A stretch of DNA of 64,000 bases. It comes from Verrucomicrobiia bacterium. Its GTDB lineage: Bacteria > Verrucomicrobiota > Verrucomicrobiia > Limisphaerales > UBA9464. Each line of letters opens with the position of its first letter. Position 1 is the first letter of the stretch. Positions 10,134 through 19,046 of this stretch are shown piece by piece. The stretch spans positions 115,211 to 179,210 of the forward strand of contig JAHCBB010000006.1 in NCBI GenBank assembly GCA_019634635.1, given 5' to 3'. The translations under genes and the position numbers were made by a program. Below the pieces are notes generated by a model. That model saw nothing but the letters and a program-made list of their open reading frames with translations, made no database searches and was not told the origin of the DNA.

Positions 10134-11725
10134 GGCGCGGGATCCTTGGCAGTGGGGCCCCCCAGGGCCGCGGCCATCACGGCGTCGGGGTCGGACCCGC
10201 CGGGCATTGTTGCGACCATTCTGCCGGCTCGCATCACGCCGATCCGGTCGCTCAAGGTGAGCACCTCCGGAAGATCGCTGGAGATCATCAGCACGGCGAG
10301 ACCGTCGTCCGCAAGTTGGCGGATGCGGCGGTGGATTTCCTCCTTGGCCCCAACGTCCACGCCCTGGGTGGGCTCATCGAGGATGAGGACCTTCGGTGCC
10401 GCTGCGAGCCATCGGGCGAGGGCGACCTTCTGCTGGTTGCCCCCGGAGAGCGCACCTGCCGGTGTCTGCCCGTCCGGTGCCCGAATCCCAAGGTTGCGGA
10501 GAAAACCGGCGGTCAACTCCTGCTCGGCCCGCTCCCGGATCCATCCGCCCGGGAACAACGTGGGGTGCACGGCAAGAGTGACGTTGTGGGCAATGGGCAT
10601 CTCAAGGATCACTCCGTGCCGGCGGCGGTCCTCGGGAAGGCAGGCGATCCCGGCCTGGATGGCGTCGCGAGGGTTTCGAAGGTGCACCCTCCGGTCGTGG
10701 ATCCGGATTTCACCGGAATCGCAGGGATCCAGGCCGAAGAGGATCCGTGCGAGTTCGGTGCGTCCTGAGCCCACCATCCCTGCAAGACCCACGATCTCCC
10801 CCGCGTGGACCTCCAGGGAGACGTCGCGAACGCCAGTGCTGGCGCAGGCCACCCGATGGAGCGTGAGCACGACCGGTCCGCGCCTGCATCCCGGCTGGAG
10901 GCGTCCGGGTCGCACATCGCGCCCGACCATCAGCCGGATCAAGGCCGGTTCATCCAGCCGCTTCCCCTCCATGGGTTCTGGTCCCGGACTGGCGCCATTC
11001 CCCGGCGAAGGCGGATTTCCGAGTGAAGACTCCACTTCGGGACCGCGGACCCGGTGTGTCCCGACGCTCCGGCCATCGCGCAGAACGGTGACCCGGTCGG
11101 CAAGAGCGAACACCTCCTCCAAACGGTGGGTGATATAGAGAATCCCGGTGCCCTGATCACGCAGCCTCCGGAGCAGGGTGTGCAACCGCGCCTGATCGTC
11201 GCGGGTGAGTGACGCGGTGGGCTCGTCCAGGAGCAGCACCCGGGCACCCGTCCCGAGGGCGCAGGCGATTTCGACCAGCTGCTGCGCGGGCATGGAGAGC
11301 GTCTCCACGAGGGACTCGGGTGCGATCCGGGCACCGACCTTCCCGAGGAGTCCCGCCGCGCGGGCCCGGCGAGCCGACCATGAAATCCTCCGGAAGGCTG
11401 AACCCGACTCCAATCGCAGCGCGAGGTTTTCGGCGACGGTGAGCCCGGGGAACAGCGCGGGCTGCTGGTACACGCAGGCAATGCCAAGTCGGCGGGCCGA
11501 ATCGGGAGTGAGATTGCGAACCTGTTCGCCGGCGATGGTGATGGTTCCGGCGTCCGGGGTGTGGGCGCCGGTGATCATCCGGATCAGGGTGGACTTGCCG
11601 GCGCCATTTTCCCCGAGCAGCGCGTGGATTTCCCCAGGCCGCAGTTCGAACGAGACCCCTCCAAGAGCGCGGACGGCACCGAAGGACTTCTCGATGCCGT
11701 GGAGTTGGAGGAGGGGAGCGTTCAC
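10130..11725 (-). CDS. sugar ABC transporter ATP-binding protein with tandem NBDs
   Basis: The track ORF runs to 12151 but that extension overlaps lpxB and looks non-coding. Start set at GTG 11725 (VNAPLLQLHGIEKSF). Two Walker A motifs (GENGAGKST, GMVGSGRT) and two signature motifs (LSMPAQQ, LSGGNQQK). Confidence 0.85.
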   Translation of the reverse strand: MNAPLLQLHGIEKSFGAVRALGGVSFELRPGEIHALLGENGAGKSTLIRMITGAHTPDAGTITIAGEQVRNLTPDSARRLGIACVYQQPALFPGLTVAENLALRLESGSAFRRISWSARRARAAGLLGKVGARIAPESLVETLSMPAQQLVEIACALGTGARVLLLDEPTASLTRDDQARLHTLLRRLRDQGTGILYITHRLEEVFALADRVTVLRDGRSVGTHRVRGPEVESSLGNPPSPGNGASPGPEPMEGKRLDEPALIRLMVGRDVRPGRLQPGCRRGPVVLTLHRVACASTGVRDVSLEVHAGEIVGLAGMVGSGRTELARILFGLDPCDSGEIRIHDRRVHLRNPRDAIQAGIACLPEDRRRHGVILEMPIAHNVTLAVHPTLFPGGWIRERAEQELTAGFLRNLGIRAPDGQTPAGALSGGNQQKVALARWLAAAPKVLILDEPTQGVDVGAKEEIHRRIRQLADDGLAVLMISSDLPEVLTLSDRIGVMRAGRMVATMPGGSDPDAVMAAALGGPTAKDPAP

Positions 11726-11819
11726 GGGACGTTGGACGGTGGCGCGGGATCTGTTGCATCCGGGACGGACCCGCAAGGTTCCATGGGATGGGTCGGGGAC
11801 ATTGGGAGCGATCGCCGGA

Positions 11820-13022
11820 TCAGCGTGTCGTCGCCCCCGACGTCGGGGTCCCGCCACGGAGCAACGCCAGCAGCGCTGCGGCCGCGCGGTCGGAGGCTCC
11901 CGGGGGGCCGAGGGATCGGGCGATCGCGCGAAGCTGCCCGCGCAGGACTTGACGGCGGTGTGGAGCTTCCAGCAGGGACAGCAGCGCCTCCGCGAGCGCG
12001 CCGGGTGTGGCCAAGTGCTGGACGAACTCGGGCATGATGGGCGCGCCCGCCAGCAGGTTGGGCATGGCGAGGTGGGGCACCGTGACGATCCGGCGTCCGA
12101 TCTCAAACGTGAGCCGCGAGGTGCGATACAGCGCGACGGTGGGCACCCCATACCACGCGCACTCGAGGGTCACGGTGCCGGTGGAGGCGAGCGCAACGGT
12201 GGCCTCGCGCAACGTGGCGTCGAGGCCGCCAACCTGGATGATCGCTTCTGCGAAGTCGCGGGTCATCGCCTGGGCGGCCGGGCGGAGTTCCTCGCGCGGC
12301 AGCACCATCCGGAGGCGGCATCCCGTGCGTTGGGCCACCGCGCGTGCCGCCGGGAGCATCACGGGAAGGTGCCGCTGCAGTTCGCCCGGCCGGCTTCCGG
12401 GAAGCAACACCAGCAGCGGGGGGCGGTCCGTGGCAGGTTCCCCATCGTGGGGCGGCGGCGCGGTGGCATGGCGATCCACGATCGGATGGCCCACAAAGGT
12501 CACGGGGAGGCGCGGGGCGTTCTCTGCGAACCACCCTTTTTCGAACGGCAGGATCGAGAGCAGCAGGTCGTGCGTCCGTTCCATCCGGCGGGCGCGTCCA
12601 GGCCGCGACGCCCAGACCTGGGGGGCGATGTACTGGATGATGCGTGGACGCCAGTTCCGAAACGGCCCCTGGGACTGGAGTCGGGCCTCATGGACGGCTG
12701 AGGCCAGGCGCAGGTTGAATCCGGCGTAGTCCACGCCGACCACGGCATCGGCGCCTTCCGTCCGGGCAAGGCGAACGAGGTCGAGAAGCGCGCGTCGGAA
12801 CCAGGAAATCCGGCGCAGGATTTCGACGCCGATCACGGAGTGGCGGGTCATCTCGTGATGGAGGGTCACCCCCGCAGCGGCCATGGCCGGTCCGCCGGCG
12901 CCGAAGCATCGCGGCGGGACCGGACCCGCCGCGCGGCCGAGGGCCCGGACCAGTTCGGCTGCCGCGAGGTCGCCGCTGGGATCGCCGGCGACCAGCAGGA
13001 TCGCAAACGGCTTCATTGCCAC
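11820..13022 (-). CDS. lpxB: lipid-A-disaccharide synthase
   Basis: 400 aa. N-terminus KPFAILLVAGDPSGDLAAAELVRAL and overall GT19 layout. Confidence 0.85.
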   Translation of the reverse strand: MAMKPFAILLVAGDPSGDLAAAELVRALGRAAGPVPPRCFGAGGPAMAAAGVTLHHEMTRHSVIGVEILRRISWFRRALLDLVRLARTEGADAVVGVDYAGFNLRLASAVHEARLQSQGPFRNWRPRIIQYIAPQVWASRPGRARRMERTHDLLLSILPFEKGWFAENAPRLPVTFVGHPIVDRHATAPPPHDGEPATDRPPLLVLLPGSRPGELQRHLPVMLPAARAVAQRTGCRLRMVLPREELRPAAQAMTRDFAEAIIQVGGLDATLREATVALASTGTVTLECAWYGVPTVALYRTSRLTFEIGRRIVTVPHLAMPNLLAGAPIMPEFVQHLATPGALAEALLSLLEAPHRRQVLRGQLRAIARSLGPPGASDRAAAALLALLRGGTPTSGATTR

Positions 13023-13044
13023 GCCGCCGGAACCCGGCCGCCGC

Positions 13045-13698
13045 TCATGACTTCAGCACGGGTTCGTCGGGAAACTCATACATGAAGACGTTGTGAGGTA
13101 CGCTGTTGGCATCCACCTTGGCCAGCTGCTTCAGGTGGCCGGTGCGCATGTCGTAGATCCACCCGTGGATGGAGGGCCGCTTCTCCTCCTTCCATGCCCA
13201 TTGGACGAATGAGAGCTCGGCGAGGTGATGGACCTGCTCGTAGACGTTCAGCTCGGCGAGACGGTCGGCGCGGCGCTCCTCGTCGGGCATCGCGTCGAGT
13301 TCGGTGGCGTGCATGCGGTAGATGTCCTTGAGGTGGCGAAGCCACTTGTTGATCAGGCCCAGGTGTTTCCGGGACATGGCGGCCCGAACGCCGCCGCATC
13401 CGTAGTGGCCGCAAATGATGACGTGCTTCACCTTGAGCACCTCCACCGCGTACTGCACGACGCTGAGCATGTTGAAGTCGGTGTGCACCACGAGATTCGC
13501 GATGTTGCGATGCACGAAGAGTTCGCCGGGGGTGGCACCGGTGACCTCCTCGGCCGGCACCCGGCTGTCGGAGCAGCCAATCCAGAGAAAGGCCGGTTGC
13601 TGGCTCGCGGAGGACGCGGTGAAGAAGTCCGGGCGCAGGCTGAGCTTGTCCTGCACCCAGGCCTGATTGTTGAGAAGCAGACGCTTGTAGTCTTCCAT
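13045..13698 (-). CDS. can: beta-class carbonic anhydrase
   Basis: 217 aa. Zinc-ligand motifs CSDSRVP and HYGCGG. N-terminus LLLNNQAWV. Confidence 0.9.
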   Translation of the reverse strand: MEDYKRLLLNNQAWVQDKLSLRPDFFTASSASQQPAFLWIGCSDSRVPAEEVTGATPGELFVHRNIANLVVHTDFNMLSVVQYAVEVLKVKHVIICGHYGCGGVRAAMSRKHLGLINKWLRHLKDIYRMHATELDAMPDEERRADRLAELNVYEQVHHLAELSFVQWAWKEEKRPSIHGWIYDMRTGHLKQLAKVDANSVPHNVFMYEFPDEPVLKS

Positions 13699-13704
13699 GG
13701 GGGG

Positions 13705-15273
13705 TCACGCGGTTTTGGTGGCGATCTCTTTGTTGAAGAAGTTGTGGTACTCCAGCCGGATGCCGCGGTACGAGGCGGCCGTCTCGAACTCCTTGAGCGT
13801 GTCGTAAACGTCGCCGTCCACATACAGCGACTTTGTGCCGTCCACGATCACCACCGAATCGTTCGGAATCCGCCGCAGGCGCCGCTTGAGTTCGGATTTG
13901 TTGACGAACGACATGTCCTTGTTGAAGCGCAGGAGCCAGTTTTCCTGCTGGTTGACGAGGGTGATCGCGGCGTGGTGGTTGTTGCGGATCACAAAGAACA
14001 CGCTCGACAGGAGCCCGATGCCGATGCCCTTGAGCAGGTCGGTCAGGACGATGGCGATCACGGTGATGATGAAGGGGATGAACTGGCTCCATCCCCGGGC
14101 CCACATCTCCAGCATGATCTTGCGGGAGGACAGCTTGTAGCCCACCACCAGCAGCACCGACGCCAGCGCGGCGAGGGGGATCCGATTCAGCAGCGGTGCA
14201 AAGGCCGCTGCGGCCAGCAGCAGGACGAGGCCGTGGACGAAGCAGGAAAGGCGGGTCCGGCCACCGGCGTACACGTTGGCGGAGCTGCGCACGATCACCG
14301 AGGTGACCGGCAGGCCGCCCAGAAAGCCGGAAAGCATGTTCCCGATGCCCTGGGCACGCAGTTCCCGGTTGGTGTCGGAAATGCGCCGTTCCGGGTCCAG
14401 CTTGTCGGTGGCTTCGATGCAGAGCAGGGTCTCAATGCTGCCCACGAGCGCGATGGTCAACGCCACCATCCAGGTTTCAGGCCTGAAAACTCTTGTGAAA
14501 TCGGGAACGGTGAACATGCCGAAGAAGTCCTGGACGGATCCCGCGACGGGAAGCTGGACCAGGTGCTGTTTCGAAGCGGTGAGCTGCCAGTCGGGTTTCC
14601 AAAGGCCGAAGGTCTCGTTGAGGACTGTGCCGGCAATGACGGCAACCAGCGGGCCCGGCAGCCAGGTCGTCCACGCGCGGTTCTTGAGGAACGGCCGTTC
14701 CCAGGCAAACAGCAGCAGCAGGGCGACGGCGGTGATTGCGATGGCCCCGGGGCTCGGGGAGACCAGGGACGCGAACATCTCCGAAAAGGTGTTGGATTGT
14801 CCGGACTGCCGGAAGGCCTCATCGCCCAGGAAGTCCTTGTCATCGCCCAGCGCGTGGGGAATCTGCTTCATGATGATGACGATGCCGATCGCGGCCAGCA
14901 TGCCCTTGATCACACTGTTGGGCACGTAGTCGCCGATGATGCCGGCGCGCAGCAGTCCAAACGCGAGCTGGATCAATCCTGAGAGCATCACCGCCACGGT
15001 GAAGGCCTGGAAACCGCCCACCTTGATGATGGCCGCCGACACGATGACGGTCAGGCCGGCGGCGGGACCGCTGACGCTCAATTCCGACCCGGAGAGCAGG
15101 CTGATCACCAGCCCGCCCACCACGCCGCCGATGATGCCGGCAAACAGCGGGGCCCCCGATGCGAGGGCAATGCCGAGGCAGAGGGGCAGGGCGACCAGGA
15201 AGACCACGATTCCGGCGGGGATGTCCCGCCGGGCGGACCCCAGGGTGGGGAGGGTGACGAAATTGTTGGTCAT
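13705..15273 (-). CDS. SulP family anion transporter (bicarbonate/sulfate type) with C-terminal STAS domain
   Basis: 522 aa. SulP core (GIVVFLVALPLCLGIALASGAP...) plus STAS-like tail (LLRFNKDMSFVNKSELKRRL...). Only 6 bp upstream of can. Confidence 0.9.
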   Translation of the reverse strand: MTNNFVTLPTLGSARRDIPAGIVVFLVALPLCLGIALASGAPLFAGIIGGVVGGLVISLLSGSELSVSGPAAGLTVIVSAAIIKVGGFQAFTVAVMLSGLIQLAFGLLRAGIIGDYVPNSVIKGMLAAIGIVIIMKQIPHALGDDKDFLGDEAFRQSGQSNTFSEMFASLVSPSPGAIAITAVALLLLFAWERPFLKNRAWTTWLPGPLVAVIAGTVLNETFGLWKPDWQLTASKQHLVQLPVAGSVQDFFGMFTVPDFTRVFRPETWMVALTIALVGSIETLLCIEATDKLDPERRISDTNRELRAQGIGNMLSGFLGGLPVTSVIVRSSANVYAGGRTRLSCFVHGLVLLLAAAAFAPLLNRIPLAALASVLLVVGYKLSSRKIMLEMWARGWSQFIPFIITVIAIVLTDLLKGIGIGLLSSVFFVIRNNHHAAITLVNQQENWLLRFNKDMSFVNKSELKRRLRRIPNDSVVIVDGTKSLYVDGDVYDTLKEFETAASYRGIRLEYHNFFNKEIATKTA

Positions 15274-15377
15274 CGCGAAAATTGACGGCTCGCCGGGAGG
15301 AAGTGGAAAACTGGGTCCAGCCTCCCAACTGGCATCGTCGGGTCAAGCCCGGGCGGAAAAAACTATTCCGGCGGCAC

Positions 15378-16697
15378 TCAATGCGCCGGCGGCAGGTCCC
15401 GACGCCGGTAGGCTTCGGCGAGCAGCGTGACCGGATGCACCACCCGCAACGAAACACCGCGCTGGTTGCATCCGGTGACGAGTTGCAGCAGGCACCCCGG
15501 ATTGCCGGTGGCCACCACGCCGGCCCGGGTGGCGGCAATGTGTCCCATCTTTCGTTCGAGGAGCTGGCCGGCCATCTCCGGCTGGGTGAGGTTGTAGATG
15601 CCGGCGCTGCCGCAGCACCAGGACGCCTCGGTCAGTTCCACGAGTTCCAGCCCGGGAATTGCCTTGAGCAGCTCCCGCGGCTGGCGGGAGATGCGCTGGC
15701 CGTGGCAGAGATGACACGACTCATGGTACGTCACCCGCTGGGTGGTGGCGGTGGGCGGCGGCGGCTCGATGCCGGTCTCCATCAGCCATTCGTGGATATC
15801 CTTCACCTTCCGGTCCCACTCCCGCGCGGCATCCCGATAGCGCGGATCCTCCGCCAGCAACTGGGTGTAGTGCTTGAGGTGCGAGCCGCAGCCTCCGGCG
15901 TTGGTGATGATGGCGTCAAAGGTTGCCGGGGGGAACTGGTCCAGGTTCCGGCGGGCGAGGACCCGGGCCCGCTCCCATTCCCCGTTGTGGGCGTGCAGGG
16001 ATCCGCAGCAATGCTGCTCGGGCGGCGTGATCACCTCGCACCCATTGCGCGCCAGCACCTCCGCCGTGTCCCGGTTCACCGAGGCGAAGGTGAGGTCCTG
16101 CGCGCAGCCGGTGAGCAGCGCGACCCGATGCCGCCGGGGGCCGGTTGCCGGCAACACCGGCGGAATCAGGTCGGCGGAAAAGGCGCCCTCCACCTGGGGC
16201 GTCATGGCCTCAAGTTCCCGAAGACGCCGTGGCAGCAGGCGCAGGATCCCGCTGGCCCGCACCAGCGCCTGCAGCCCCGTGGACTGCCACCAGCGGAGCA
16301 TGCGTCCCAACAGGTGCAGGCGTCGCAAATCATCGAAAAGCCAGCCCAGCGTGACGTGCCGGATCAGCGACCTGCGTGGCGAATCCAGCACCCCGGAGCG
16401 TTCGGCCTCTGCGCGGGCCTGTTCAAAAAGTTCTGCGTAATTCACCCCGGCCGGGCACGCGGTCATGCAGGCCAGGCATCCCAGGCAGAAATACATCTCC
16501 TCCGCGAACGTCCGCGTCGCCGGCATCCGGTCGTCGGCAATCGCCCGCATCAGGGCAATTCGTCCCCGGGGCGAGTGACGCTCGTTCAACGTGGCGTCAT
16601 AGGTGGGGCAGGTGGGCAGGCACAGGCCGCAATGCATGCACTGCTGCACCACGGAATAATCGAGGTGCTTCAGCGGGGAGGGACGGTCGGACGTCAT
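15378..16697 (-). CDS. glcF: glycolate oxidase iron-sulfur subunit-like (Fe-S)-binding protein
   Basis: Start set at ATG 16697 (MTSDRPSPLKHLDY). Two ferredoxin-type clusters, CMHCGLCLPTCP and CLGCLACMTACP, followed by cysteine-rich CCG-type repeats. Confidence 0.8.
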   Translation of the reverse strand: MTSDRPSPLKHLDYSVVQQCMHCGLCLPTCPTYDATLNERHSPRGRIALMRAIADDRMPATRTFAEEMYFCLGCLACMTACPAGVNYAELFEQARAEAERSGVLDSPRRSLIRHVTLGWLFDDLRRLHLLGRMLRWWQSTGLQALVRASGILRLLPRRLRELEAMTPQVEGAFSADLIPPVLPATGPRRHRVALLTGCAQDLTFASVNRDTAEVLARNGCEVITPPEQHCCGSLHAHNGEWERARVLARRNLDQFPPATFDAIITNAGGCGSHLKHYTQLLAEDPRYRDAAREWDRKVKDIHEWLMETGIEPPPPTATTQRVTYHESCHLCHGQRISRQPRELLKAIPGLELVELTEASWCCGSAGIYNLTQPEMAGQLLERKMGHIAATRAGVVATGNPGCLLQLVTGCNQRGVSLRVVHPVTLLAEAYRRRDLPPAH

Positions 16698-16882
16698 CGG
16701 ACGCGCCCACCATGGCGTGGTCGGGAAGATGCCGGCCAGCAAAACGATCCGTTCGCCCGGGTGGATTCCCGCGCGGCGATCGGACCGGGATGCTGTGTGT
16801 GGGCCATCGCACAGTCGTCCTGCGGGCAGCGACGGTGAGCGTCCGCTTGTCCTGAAAGCGAAAGACTTCTAGGCTTGTTGCA

Positions 16883-17281
16883 ATGAATACGCTGGCGGCG
16901 CCGGTTGAACTTGCGGGACTCCGGGTCTCTCTGGACCGTCTTGTTTATCACCGCCTCGCCCCGGAGAAGAGCAAGGGGCGTCCCCACGCATTCATCTACT
17001 ACCTGACCCTGATCAACCACAGCGATGTGGCGGTGACCATTCGCGGGCGCAAATGGGTGGTCCTGCATGGGGATGGGACACAGTGGGTCGTGGAGGGGAC
17101 CGGGGTGGTGGGCCAGCAACCGGTGATCCCCGCCGGTGGTTCCTTCAGCTACAACAGTTTTCACACCATTCCCACCCGTCATGCGACCGCGGAGGGTTCG
17201 TTTCTGGGTGTGGATGCCCTCGGCCGCGCCGTATTGATGCGGATTGACCCCTTTCGGATGCAGGTCCCCGCCGCGGCCTGA
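16883..17281 (+). CDS. apaG: ApaG (DUF525) protein
   Basis: 132 aa. AFIYYLTLINHSDVAVTIRGRKWVV...GVVGQQPVIPAGGSFSYNS matches the ApaG pattern. Confidence 0.85.
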   Translation: MNTLAAPVELAGLRVSLDRLVYHRLAPEKSKGRPHAFIYYLTLINHSDVAVTIRGRKWVVLHGDGTQWVVEGTGVVGQQPVIPAGGSFSYNSFHTIPTRHATAEGSFLGVDALGRAVLMRIDPFRMQVPAAA

Positions 17282-17321
17282 TGCCGGTGGGTGGGGCAGG
17301 CCGTTGGGTCGGTGGGCCGGC

Positions 17322-17540
17322 TCAGCGTTGCCGGAAGGTGATGCGGGCCTTGCCGAGATCGTAGGGTGACAGGTTGACCTGCACTTGGTCTCCCACATTG
17401 ATCCGGATGAAGTTCTTTCGCATTTTCCCCGAGATGTGGGCGAGGACCACGTGCCCGTTGGGCAGTCGCACGCGGAACATGGTTCCGGGGAGCACCTGCG
17501 TGACCGTGCCCGTCAACTCGATCGGTTCTTCCTTGGGCAT
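17322..17540 (-). CDS. infA: translation initiation factor IF-1
   Basis: 72 aa. [72 protein letters not shown] is canonical IF-1. Confidence 0.95.
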   Translation of the reverse strand: MPKEEPIELTGTVTQVLPGTMFRVRLPNGHVVLAHISGKMRKNFIRINVGDQVQVNLSPYDLGKARITFRQR

Positions 17541-17597
17541 GCAACCTGAGGCGCCGGTGACCGCATGGAGCCGGATCCGGCGGACACCGCACAGTGC

Positions 17598-17630
17598 AAA
17601 AAGGGCCGCTCCAGGTGCAAGCGGCGTTTT
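17598..17630 (-). terminator. intrinsic-terminator-like hairpin between the 58-bp repeat copy 1 and infA
   Basis: Stem gccgct (17605-17610) pairs with agcggc (17620-17625) around a 9-nt loop. On the minus strand it is followed by ccc+ttttt (A5 at 17598-17602 on the plus strand). On the plus strand it is followed by gtttt. Confidence 0.4.
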
Positions 17631-17643
17631 GGAAACGGCGGGA

Positions 17644-17701
17644 CGTCGGTTTTGAAAACCGCCATTTTCGGGTGCGCGTCGGTGCGTGACGACAGTCCGA
17701 T
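17644..17701. repeat. 58-bp direct repeat, copy 1
   Basis: cgtcggttttgaaaaccgccattttcgggtgcgcgtcggtgcgtgacgacagtccgat. 50/58 positions are identical to 19028..19085 by hand alignment, same orientation, no gaps. Confidence 0.85.
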
Positions 17702-17756
17702 GTCAGCGGTAAGCGGGGCGCATCTGCCGGAGGGGTTGAGGGTGTGGCAGGCCGGG

Positions 17757-18089
17757 ATGATGAACATGGAAGTCGTTGCACTGAGGGCCTCCGTCCCTCC
17801 GGCGGAGCGGCAGCGGTGGGTGCAGAGGTACCGGGAGGGAGATCTGGGACTCCGTCGGTTTGCCGAGGCGCATGGACTGAGGGCATCGCAGCTTCATTAC
17901 TGGATCTACGGGGGGGCGCGGGGCCAAGCCCCGGAGGGCCACCGGCGTTCTGCGGCCCGCGGAACCAATGTTCCGCGAGGTCCCGTGCAACAGATGTCCT
18001 GTCCCTTGGGAACCCAAAAAAAAGTGAGATGCGCCCCGTCGGGCCGTCCGGTGGAGTCCAGCATGGCTCCAAGCGGTTGGGCGACTTAG
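17757..18089 (+). pseudogene. possible remnant of a transposase-accessory HTH protein (IS66/IS3 OrfA-like)
   Basis: PAERQRWVQRYREGDLGLRRFAEAHGLRASQLHYWIY looks like the HTH N-terminus of IS accessory proteins. The sequence after it is low-quality Gly/Arg/Pro text, and an alternative frame (PMFREVP...) suggests frameshifts. Weak, memory-based call. Confidence 0.25.
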
Positions 18090-18354
18090 CGTGCCGGCGG
18101 TGAACCGGGCGGGCGACTAAAGCGACCGAGCCTGGCGCAAGTCGCGTCTGGCGGCGCGGCTGTTGCTTCTCCGGGAACTGCGACCGCTTCGAGCCCGCGA
18201 GCAGCGACTGGCCCGGCAGCTTTCCCGGGATTCGGAGGTGACCAACCGTCTCATCCAGCAGGCCCTTTACGTTCTCGGCATCGGTCCGCGCAAACATGAG
18301 TTCGACCGCAGACTGGTGGCGCGCGGAGATTGACTGGGCCACGCCCGCCGGCCG

Positions 18355-18966
18355 GTGCTTCAGCGGCTCCAGGCGGCGCTGCCTGCCAACCGTGCGTTTC
18401 GCCTGACCGTGCAGGGCTCCGCACCGCTCCAACTCACGCTGGATCGCGAGCTGCTGAGTGGTGACGTGGACTTGTTTTCGGATGACGACGAGGACCTGAG
18501 CGGCCTGATTGCGGATGCGGGTCTGGACAAGTCCCGCGGCGGGCTTCATTTGGAGTTCGGATTCGAACTGAGCTTTCGAACCAGTCCGCGATGGCGTCAG
18601 CGCGCCAGGACCGTCACGCTGGCCCATGTGACATTCGTGTTTCCGCATCCGATTGATATCCTCATCGGCAAGCTGGACCGATTGGAGCCGAAGGATCTGG
18701 AAGCCTTCCGACGCGTGCGCGAACTCACGGGGCACCCGACTGCCGGGGAACTGCAGCACGAGCTGCAGAACGCGGTTGATCTTTTCCGACCCGGCTTTGG
18801 CGACGATTCGCCCAACCGTTATCCGGAGAACACCCGGCAACGGTGGCGGGAGCTCTTTGGACAGGGCATTGACATCCGGCGCGACATCATCGAGCCGGCC
18901 ATCGCGCGCCGAAGGGTGGGCTACGGGGAAACGCCGCCGGACTACAAGTCCCTCCTCGGCGGCTGA
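18355..18966 (+). CDS. nucleotidyltransferase-fold protein (minimal NTase, DUF6036/AbiEii-like)
   Basis: 203-aa ORF with GTG start. VQGSAPLQL...SGDVDLFSDD fits the GS...DxD minimal nucleotidyltransferase motif. Also has HPIDILIGKLDRLEPKDLEAF. Family assignment from memory. Confidence 0.45.
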   Translation: MLQRLQAALPANRAFRLTVQGSAPLQLTLDRELLSGDVDLFSDDDEDLSGLIADAGLDKSRGGLHLEFGFELSFRTSPRWRQRARTVTLAHVTFVFPHPIDILIGKLDRLEPKDLEAFRRVRELTGHPTAGELQHELQNAVDLFRPGFGDDSPNRYPENTRQRWRELFGQGIDIRRDIIEPAIARRRVGYGETPPDYKSLLGG

Positions 18967-18997
18967 AAACGCCCGGACCACCAGCGGCGTCTTGCAA

Positions 18998-19046
18998 TGG
19001 TACCCCGACCCGGAATTGAACCTGGATCGTCGGTTTAGGAAACCGC
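18998..19046 (-). pseudogene. tRNA-Arg(CCT)-like 3' fragment: anticodon arm, short variable region, T arm, acceptor 3' strand and encoded CCA; no canonical 5' half
   Basis: Minus strand reads gcggt-ttcctaa-accga cgat ccagg-ttcaatt-ccggg tcggggt a cca. The 7-nt anticodon loop has U33 and CCT at positions 34-36. The TTCAATT T-loop stem has one central A/G mismatch. No matching 5' acceptor strand or D arm was found upstream. Confidence 0.5.

Noticed and set aside
10130-12151. The full 673-aa extent of the ABC ATPase ORF.
   Set aside because: The first ~140 codons are Arg/Pro/Cys-rich, overlap the 3' end of lpxB and precede the conserved N-terminus. I trimmed the start to GTG 11725.
18121-18333. 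A possible small antitoxin gene upstream of the nucleotidyltransferase-fold ORF.
   Set aside because: The protein-like text has no ATG/GTG/TTG giving more than ~31 codons in that frame. Its apparent N-terminal continuation (AWRKSRLAARLLLLREL) is in a different frame. I report it only as a possible remnant inside the islet finding, not as a feature.
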